This document shows positions 49,154 through 64,000 of a stretch of 64,000 bases of DNA, piece after piece. The stretch is from NCBI RefSeq assembly GCF_009914755.1, contig NC_060927.1. The stretch is one strand, 5' to 3'. The notes below the pieces were generated by a model. The model did no database searches. It was not told the DNA's origin and saw only the letters and a program-made list of their open reading frames with translations. The stretch is from the human T2T-CHM13v2.0 reference genome, Homo sapiens. Within the stretch, counting starts at the first letter, position 1; each line of letters begins with the position of its first letter. The position numbers were made by a program, and so were the translations under genes.

Positions 49154-49574
49154 TGAGGCTTATTCTTGGTCATGTTACATGTCTGGGCTGTGTTAGGGCA
49201 TTGTGGTGTGGTCTGTTCATTGTGTTCACTCAGGGATCCAGGTTGACAAAAGTCCCATCTCTGCATATGTCCTTGATCATCACTTCAGGGGAAAGGGAAT
49301 GTGGTGGATCACAGAGCCTCTTAGCACTTCCACCTGGAGGTGACTCAAGTTGCTCCTGCTCATGGTTCATTGGACAAAACAGATCACAGAGTCATGGGCA
49401 ACTTCTCTGTGCCTGGAAGGGGAACCAAAATATGAATAGCTACATTGATTTTCTCTAGCTAGTACACAGAAGGCCTCATTTAAACACAGTTACTTATTTG
49501 TGTTTTGAAGCTAATTGTAGTCCATCAACTTTCACAGAAGATATGTGCACTTCCAAGCTATTTTTAAGCACAGC

Positions 49575-49874
49575 TTTTTTTTTTTTCTTTTGAGACAGAG
49601 TGTCACTCTCTTGCCCAGGCTGGAGTGCAGTGGCATGATCATGGATCACTGCAACTTCTGCCTCCTGGGTAAAAGTGATTTTTGTGCCTCAGCCTCCCAA
49701 AGTGCTGGGATTACAGACACCCACCACTGCGCCTGGCTAAGTTTTGTATTTTTAGTAGAGATGGGGTTTCACCATGTTGGCCTGGCTGGTCTGGAACTCC
49801 TGACCTCAGGTGATCCACCTGCCTCAGCCTCCCAAAGTGCTGAGATGACAGGCGTGAGCTGCCGTGCCCGGCCT
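49575..49874 (-). mobile_element. AluS
   Basis: Dimeric Alu in reverse orientation. Confidence 0.88.
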
Positions 49875-50148
49875 TGAGTATGATTTTTGATTGGGAACGT
49901 CAGAGTTTGGGATTTAGTCTGAGGACAGTATGACGTGAAGGTGAAAAGCAGAGCTTGGCTGTGAGTTTGCTGGGATTCCTGTGCTACTTCTACAGTTCTT
50001 TGGCTGTGTGAACATCACCTTTGGCAAGTTCCTTTACCTTTCTATGTGTTGGTTTCCACATCAATAAAATGGAAAAAAATAATCATAATCATAATATCTA
50101 TTGGTGTTGGGATAGCCCAGTGGTTGACACATAAGGACTCAAAAATAG

Positions 50149-50442
<294 letters not shown>

Positions 50443-50809
50443 CAAAAATACGATTATCAATTTTGGGGGGTAGTTACTATATTTTGTGAAAATCAGAGTT
50501 CAGTACCTTGTAACACTGGGTTGGGATCTAACCCTGAAAGAACAGGCTTCTAAAGAGGAAGGCATGGAGAGAGGGGCAAAATTTCATTGGATGTTGTAAT
50601 GACTTTAGGTATATGGATCTGGGGTTGAGTTCTAGCTGGGGCCACCAGATAGCAAGGTGGACTTTGCTAAATTCTATCACTTTCCTGGGCCTCAGACTCA
50701 CTTGTTACAAATGGGGTTAAAGCATCCCTCTTTCAAGGCTAAGATAAAGATGATTAAGTAAGAGGGGATGAAAGCAACTTCCATCAATGCTCAAAAGTTA
50801 TTCGTTTAA

Positions 50810-51108
<299 letters not shown>

Positions 51109-51826
51109 ACTTAACTTCTATATTACTTTCCTGTTGGTGGATTTACCAGTGCAAACTGAGCAGCTTAAACACCACCCAGTTATTATGTGTTTTCATGAGC
51201 CAAGGGTCTGGGCAGGGTTTAACTGGGTCTTCTATTCAGGGTCACAATACTGCAACCAGAGTGTCAGTTGGAGCTGGGGTCTCATCAGATGCTCAGGGTC
51301 CTCTTTCAAGCTTATTCAGTTTGTGGACTGAATTCAATTTCTTCCAATTGTTGAATGAAGGCCCTCAGCTACTAGAGCTGCCACCTCCAAAGACAGCTCA
51401 CAGCAGGGCCATTTGTGTCTCCTTGGAGGCTAAGAGTTGAATCTCTGAAACTTCACCTTTAAAAGGCTCACCTGATTAGGTCTGGCCCACCTAAGATCAT
51501 ACTGCTTTGGATGAACTCAAAGTCAGATGAGCAAATGTGTTTAACAAAGCAAGTGTGACCATAATTACATCTGCAAAATTCCTTCCCCTTGGCCAAATCA
51601 CAAGCTCTGGACACACTCAAGAATAGGAGATGATACAGGGAACAGATATAAGGGAGTGGGTCTCTTGGGAGCTGTCCTAGAATTCTGCCCATTACAACTT
51701 CCTTTCTCGAGGAACAGCAGGCCTGGGGAGAGATGATCATGGATGAGAACAGCCCACAGGTGGTGAGCACCTGGTGCTGGGGTAGGATGCAGGAGCCTGC
51801 AAAGCAAGTATGAAAAGCCTTCTCTG

Positions 51827-52002
51827 GGCCGGGTGCAGTGGTTCATGCCTGTAATCCCAGCACTTCGGGAGGCCGAGGTGGGCAGATCATGAGATCAAGA
51901 GATTGAGACTATCCTGGGCAACCAACATGGTGAAACCCCATCTCTACTAAAAATACAAAAATTAGCTGGGCATGGTGGCGCACATCTCTAATAACCCAGC
52001 TA
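51827..52002 (+). mobile_element. Alu, 3'-truncated
   Basis: Left monomer plus start of right monomer; no tail. Confidence 0.85.
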
Positions 52003-52004
52003 AC

Positions 52005-52130
52005 CAAGTGAGCAATTCCTGTCCCTTTTAAGGGCTCACAAGTCTAAGGGGGTCCATGTGAGAGGGTCGTGATCATGAGAGGGTCGTGATCGATTAACCA
52101 AGCAGGTAGTATGTGACTGGGGGCTGCATT
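52005..52130 (-). mobile_element. LTR10-family (HERV-I/IP10) internal LTR fragment
   Basis: GTGAGCAATTCCTGTCCCTTTTAAGGGCTCACA..GTGACTGGGGGCTGCAT (recalled consensus). Confidence 0.7.
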
Positions 52131-52160
52131 TGGCAAACTCCATCTCTACTAAAAATACCC

Positions 52161-53575
<1,415 letters not shown>

Positions 53576-53831
53576 TAAAAACTGTCTTACATCATGTACA
53601 TTACTGAGGGAAATGTAGAACCTGGATTTGAGCTCTGATTTCAGAGTTGTGGCCTCAGTCTCCCCAGGAAGACCTGTCCTGGGAGACAGTTATGCTAGGC
53701 TGTGATGCTGTGATTGTTCTCTTCCTACCCAGAAGCTTTCAATAGGCATGTCAAGCATGTGACCCCAGCTACATATACCAAATGTATTTCTGACAAATGC
53801 CAGGATATCGTGAACTTTCTTGTTTTACTGA

Positions 53832-54156
<325 letters not shown>

Positions 54157-54487
54157 TGTCTTTTTTATGCTATGTCCACGTGCAACAGCCCAGTGGTCAG
54201 CACACAAATGGGTCCAAATGTGAAAGGAAAGGGCAAACACAGGGGAAACATAGGGGTGTTCAGAAATAGTTCCCAGGTCACTGCCTGTTTCAATATGTAC
54301 AGTCCTCGGCCCCACCCACAAGATTCTGACTTGGCAGGTCAGAGTTGGAAATGGGAAGCTACCTGGTTATGAGGGATCCCAGTGCATTTTGAGGCAGCTG
54401 GTTGTTAGACTGCATTGTAAAAATTACTCCCCAAAGATGTGAAGTGAAACAGAAAGGCAAAGGCAGGCTAGAAAACAACACAAGTAA

Positions 54488-55030
<543 letters not shown>

Positions 55031-55659
55031 TCAGTATCATTAAATACATTCATAATGTTAAGCAATCATCATCTCTGTCTAGTTCCAAAACATTTTCATT
55101 AACGCCCCCCGCCCCCCCCCAAAAAAAACCCTGTATCCATCAAGAACCCCACATCCCCTCCCCTTTCCCCCAGCTCCTGGCAACCACTTACCTGCTTTCT
55201 GTCTCTATAGATTTGCCTATTCTGGACCTTTCACATAAATGGAATCATGTAATATATATAATAACCAAAAGGTAGCAACAACCAAGCTGGCCATTTGGTT
55301 GACGAATGAATAAACAAAATGTGCTGTATCCATACAGTGGAAGCACTGGTGCCTACTACATGGGGATGGACCTTGGAAACATCATGCTAAGTGAGAGAGA
55401 GCCTTGTTATTGTCTCATCTCCCCAGGAGATTCCAAGGTGCAGCAAAGGTTGAGACCCACTGACAAGCAATGGATATGGTTGGGTGCAGATGAAATAAGG
55501 CAGCCAGGGACAGGAGGGACGTCTCATTGAAGATGACTATTTGTGGATGCCTAGCAGGGGTGGGGAGGAGGTATGATAACAGCAACCCCAATCTCAACAC
55601 AGCGTGACCGATTTTATCTTCAGTCAGCTGATACACCTCATGGGGTGTGGACACAGGAC

Positions 55660-55893
<234 letters not shown>

Positions 55894-55997
55894 TGAAGTT
55901 TGACTTTCCACCTCCAGAAAATCCAAACCTTTGCCCAAGTCACAGTGGGACACTCCGGCATTAATTTGAGAGAAATGTGCTTTTAAAAACAACTCCA

Positions 55998-56298
<301 letters not shown>

Positions 56299-57364
56299 CC
56301 CTCCGATATGAACACCAAACTAGAATCACTCCATTGACTTCCCTCCGCCAAGCAGGGGGAGTGATGGTGATGGTGCGTGAGTGTCTATTTGCATTGAGTC
56401 TTAATGGAAAATAAGGTTGTGTCACTCAAAGGAAAAACAAATCACAGCCCAGACTGGAGCTGTGGATGAACAACATGGCTGAGTGTTGGTACAGGCTTTC
56501 CACAGCAATATTAAAACTGAAAAAATCAACAATGAAGCTCCCAGTCACATTTCTGACAAACATTTTGGGGGAAAACAACAGAGGCACTCCTCAACTTTTC
56601 CTTCGCTGCACAAAGTGGGTTTGGCTGGAAATGCCAAATGTGCTTGTTGCTGGGATCTTTCAAATGAAAGCAAGCTGGGAGTCAAACTCCTGCAGCCGCA
56701 GGCCAGAAATGGGTTGAGACCAAACCATTAGAGTAACACTGGTGCACATCTAAACAGATTTAACTCCCTCCCAGCAATCCAGATTAATTTAATATGCTTT
56801 CTTAATGGCATTCCGCAATTTCTCATTAAAGCAAATGAACGTCCATCCCTCTGTGATAAATTAGGGCAAAAACAATTCATATGTTTAGGGCAGAGGGAAG
56901 GAGGAGTTGTTGGCTGTTAAAAAAAAAAAAAGTAACTGCAAATGGCCTTTCAAAGTCTAGACATCTTCATCATCAACACAAACATTCCTCTTCACAAAGG
57001 GACCTCAAGTAACCTTAGGCTGGAGGGCCCATCTGCGTATGTTTTTCTTCTCATTCTTTCTTACCTTCCCTCCAGCCCACCCAACCCACATTCAGTGACC
57101 AAGTCACGTGGGTTTTACCTCCTAAATGTTTCTCAGATCCCTTCACTACTCAGACACTCTCCTGACACCACCATAAACAAAGCCACCATCACCTCCAGCT
57201 GTTTGACTGCAAATGCCTCCTGACTGGCCTCTGTTTTCCCCTGGCCCTGTGACAATCTGCACTCCTCACAGGGACCAAAGCAATCACTTCAGAAGGTGCA
57301 TCCAAACAGATCACTCACTTTCAATGGCTCCCACTGCTGCGTGGGTTAACAATGATAAAAGCTC

Positions 57365-57722
<358 letters not shown>

Positions 57723-57944
57723 TCAGACCATCCCTACATCAGCCCTTTATTTCACCAGTGGGGAAGCTGGGACACAGAGTAGTTACATGGGATGCCCAAG
57801 GTGGGACCACTCCTATGAAGTTTCAACACCCTAATGTGAGACCCTCCATGACCTAGCCCCTCTCTTTCTCCAGCCTCATTTCCTGATTCTCTCACTTGCC
57901 CTGCAGGCTACAGCCACACAAACTTCTTCAAAGTCCCTTAAATC

Positions 57945-58323
<379 letters not shown>

Positions 58324-58399
58324 TCATTTCTCCACCTGGTGAACTCATCCCACCCCCTAGGCCTCTCCTTAAGTGTCATCTCTTCAAGGAAGATTTTAC

Positions 58400-59155
<756 letters not shown>

Positions 59156-59554
59156 TAAGACAGAAAGCCTTTCCTCACCCTGTGAGACTGAGCTCCCTCT
59201 CTCCATTTATACGTTCTCTTTATGCCCTTTGCTTCTCTTTCAGAGCAATTCACATTGACCTGGGTCATCCTCAACTTAAGGTTCATAACTCCCCTAGACC
59301 CTCAGGGTCCACACTAAATGTGATGAAATATGATGCAAGCCACATATTTACTTTTGCATTTTGTAGTAACCACATTTTAAAAAGTAAAACAAAAGAAGTG
59401 AAGGTAATTGGAATAATATCACAGGTTTAAACAAATCTATCCAAAATACCAGGTCTAAGTGTATAAAATATTTTAACATTAACAAAATACTTTGCTTTCT
59501 TTTTATATTAAGGCGTCACAATCTAATGTGTATTTGACACTTCTCGCACATCTC

Positions 59555-60347
59555 AGTATCATGGCAGCACCCTATATGGGGGGCCCTCCCATGATGCCAA
59601 CGATGGGCCCTCCTCCTCCTGGGATGATGCCAGTGGGACATGCTCCTGGAATGAGGCCGCCCATGGGAGGCCACATGCCCATGATGCCTGGGTGCCCAAT
59701 GATGAGAACTCCTGCCCGTCTCATGATGGTGCCCAGTGAGCCCAGAATGACTCGAGCAGACAGATAAGGATAAAGCGGAGGCCTCATTACATCAGTGTTG
59801 TTTTTTTGTTATTGTTGTGTGTTTTTTGTTTTGTTTTGTTTTTGAGACAGAGTCTTCTGTTGCCCTGGCTGGAGGGCAGTGGCACGATCTCAGCTCACTG
59901 AAACCTCCACCTCCCGAGTTCAAGTGATTCCCCTGTCTCAGTCTCCTGAGTAGCTGGGACTACAGGCGTGCACACCATCCCCGGCTAAAATTTTTTTTAT
60001 TTTAGTACAGACAGGGTTTCACCATGTTGGCCAGGATGGTCTCAATCTCCTGACCTCATGACCCGCTCGCCTCAGCCTCCCAAAGTGCTGGGATTACAGT
60101 CGTGAGCCACTGCACCCGGCCTGTATGAGTTTTATATTTACTTGTTCCCTTCACCAGGAGATCATGTGCTGTGATGCCGGGTTTTCTTAACAGCATAAGG
60201 AAGACTTGCCCCCTTGCCCTATCAAAGAGAATAGTTTTGAAAGGGAGAAGTGGGACCAAAAAAGATGCAGTTTTCATTTGTATTGGGAAATGTGAAAATA
60301 AAATTGTCAACTCTTTTAGTTAAAAAAAAAAAAAAAGAAAAAGAAAA
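59555..60347 (+). pseudogene. SNRPCP: 5'-truncated processed pseudogene of U1 snRNP C, with an Alu in the 3' UTR
   Basis: [45 protein letters not shown] matches the SNRPC C-terminus; 3' UTR, AATAAA at 60297-60302, poly(A); zinc finger absent. Confidence 0.92.
59800..60121 (-). mobile_element. AluS inside the SNRPC retrocopy
   Basis: Dimeric Alu in reverse orientation. Confidence 0.9.
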
Positions 60348-61649
60348 GGAAACAAGATGTGGGGCTGCCATATGCAATACCGTGGATTACAAGGATCTTC
60401 TACTCTGGAGGAAAATATTATCTTTGCTGAAGCCAGACCAACCTGACACAAAGACCTTTTGTTTTTTTAATGTGACTGTGTTTTATTTTACAAAGTGTAA
60501 TTCACTTTAGAAGGGCAAAGTACCTGTCTGGGGACAACTATTTAATTTCCTGCATTTATTTAGAATGTGGGCTGATGTTATTATGAAGGGAAACAGCACT
60601 AACAAGTGAGTGACCCCACATAGACACAGCTCATGAGTTCACGGGGCAAAGGAATTGAACAGCAGCCTCCTAATAGCCGGCCTTCTTTGTGGTATGGAAA
60701 TAATTATCAGCATGTAAAAGACTATATATATATTCAACAATTCTGACCGCCTGTAAAATTCAAAATTACAACTGATTTGCTTCCTGGGCTCCTGAAAACA
60801 ACTTTGTCAAAGTTGTTCAGAAATAAAATCAGCCAATCGTTTTCCCTTGGGGACGCAGGACACAGCAAGTTAGCCATGACCAATGTGGAGTCGGCCGTAC
60901 ACAATTACATGCAGACCTGCAGGACATCAAGTCCCTGCTATGGTCCCTCCCCAGTCAGGCCCCCATTGCCTGGGCTGCAGCCAGAAGCATTCAGGCACAA
61001 GTGCATTCAACAAATACTTATTTAATGGTATTGGTGGTTAGAGGGTTGCCGTTGATTAAGGTACATTAATGGATCCATGTCCTCCCTGTATCCAAGACTC
61101 TGTCATTTGTCTCTGCAGTTCCTCCCACTGAAGAATCGGAGTATATTTCTCCAGCCGCTAATGTTGGGTTTAGTCATGTGTCTAGCTTTAGGCCACTGGA
61201 ATATTAATCTGCATGACCAAAACCTTGGGAAGTGTGCATTCATTTGTGCTCGCTCACTCCTGCTATCACCATGAGAACAAGCCCAGGCCAGCCTGCTGCT
61301 TCCAGCAGAAGATAAGAGACACCAAGAGCAAAGTCGAGCTTCCCAGACATGCTTATACCAGATTAACCAATCCTCAGCTGACCCATAGATCCATGAAAAT
61401 AAATGATTGTTGTATTAAGCCACTGAGATTTGGAGTGACTTGTTATGTAGCATTTTGTGACAACAACTAACTGATACAAGGGTCACCGTCCTTTATCTCT
61501 GTAGATTTTAACCAATTTTTAATGGCTAGATGGAGATCTTCTAGTTGCCTTTATTTATAATGAATATGACTGTAGAGCTAGTTTGGCCTGACACTACCAG
61601 TAACCCAGAAATTCAGAAATACTTTCTTCTCCAACCCGCCCCAAACAAC

Positions 61650-61939
61650 TTTTTTTTTTTTTTGGGTTCTCCCTCTTTGCCTCGGCTAGAGTACAAGTGG
61701 TACAGTCAGAGCTGACTGTAACCTCAAAATCCTGGACTCAAGTGATTTTCCCCTTCAGCCTCCTATGTAGCTAAGACTACAGACATGTGCCACCATGCCT
61801 GGCTAATTTTTTTATTCTTTGTGGAGACAGGGTCTCACTATATTTCCCAAGTTGGATTCAAACTCCTGGCCTCAAGCAGTCCTCCTGCTTCACCCTCCCA
61901 AAGTGCTAGGATTATAGGCATGAGCCACCACACCCAGCC
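61650..61939 (-). mobile_element. AluJ
   Basis: Diverged Alu in reverse orientation. Confidence 0.82.
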
Positions 61940-62057
61940 TCTTCTTCTTTTTAAATAGAAACCCTATTTTATTCTGACAGTGGGTTGCTTCCTTTTTTTT
62001 TTTTTTTTTAAGAAAAAGTTGACCCAGCCCCAGGGAATAAATTGTGACTGTTCTAAA

Positions 62058-62277
62058 CAGGGTTGGCAAACTATAGGCCAAGGGCCAAATCTGGCCCTCT
62101 GACTGTTTGTATAAATTAAGTTTTACTGGAATAAACCCAGGTCCATTCATTTATGCATTCTCTACATATGATTTTAGGCTACAATGGCACCGCTGTGTCA
62201 CTGCAACAGAGGTTATCTAGAACAAAAGCCTAAAATATTACCGTTTGCCTCTTTATGGAAAAAGTTTGCCATTCCCT
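62058..62277. mobile_element. MER58A-like hAT transposon
   Basis: CAGGGTTGGCAAACTATAGGCC..AAAAAGTTTGCCATTCCCT. Confidence 0.8.
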
Positions 62278-62539
62278 AGTCTAAGGTTTAGATTCTGAGC
62301 TTATCATTTTATCCTACCCCCCCTTACCAGTGACTGGCTCAAAACAAGTCTGTGATTCCATTCTGACTGTTCTACTGAGGGAATTCCCCCTTCTTCTCAT
62401 GCAGAGCTGATGAGGGTAAGTTGTATTAATAGGACATAGGCTCAGGTTTTCTGAAAAATACTTTTATCTAGAAATGCACAGGAATATGCTGGTGCCTGAA
62501 TGTTCCATCTGGGGGCCTGGAGATTGACTCACCCTGCCT

Positions 62540-64000
<1,461 letters not shown>

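Overview
Primate (probably hominoid) nuclear DNA. It is almost entirely interspersed repeats, and I found no intact protein-coding gene. Main contents: a deleted-type HERV-H/LTR7 provirus (6281-12060, -), a full-length but disrupted L1PA4/5-like element (19823-25987, -), the inactivated first coding exon of an ENPP7-like gene (27413-27661, -), a MER4A-type solo LTR, a HERV-T/HERVS71 provirus with LTR6A-like LTRs (36613-43843, -), a MER11C-like solo LTR, a 5'-truncated SNRPC retrocopy, about 45 Alus, and many MaLR, L2, old L1 and DNA-transposon fragments. ENPP7P + SNRPCP + HERVS71 together suggest the ALG1L/FAM86/OR7E segmental-duplication family. The strongest signal is the HERV-T provirus, which looks like a fossil of APOBEC3 restriction. 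It has dense sense-strand G>A changes (Trp codons turned to stops, gag and env ATGs lost), and its 5' LTR U3 shows the opposite C>T editing, as expected for deamination of transiently single-stranded plus-strand DNA. Its env also has an in-frame deletion joining the receptor-binding region directly to the membrane anchor. Other notable items are an Alu/LTR10/Alu/L1 patchwork insertion, an open and extended L1 ORF0, an ORF1p heptad duplication, and HNF4A/HNF1-like motifs upstream of the dead ENPP7-like exon. Subfamily names come from recalled consensus sequences and small-repeat boundaries are approximate; no database search was run.
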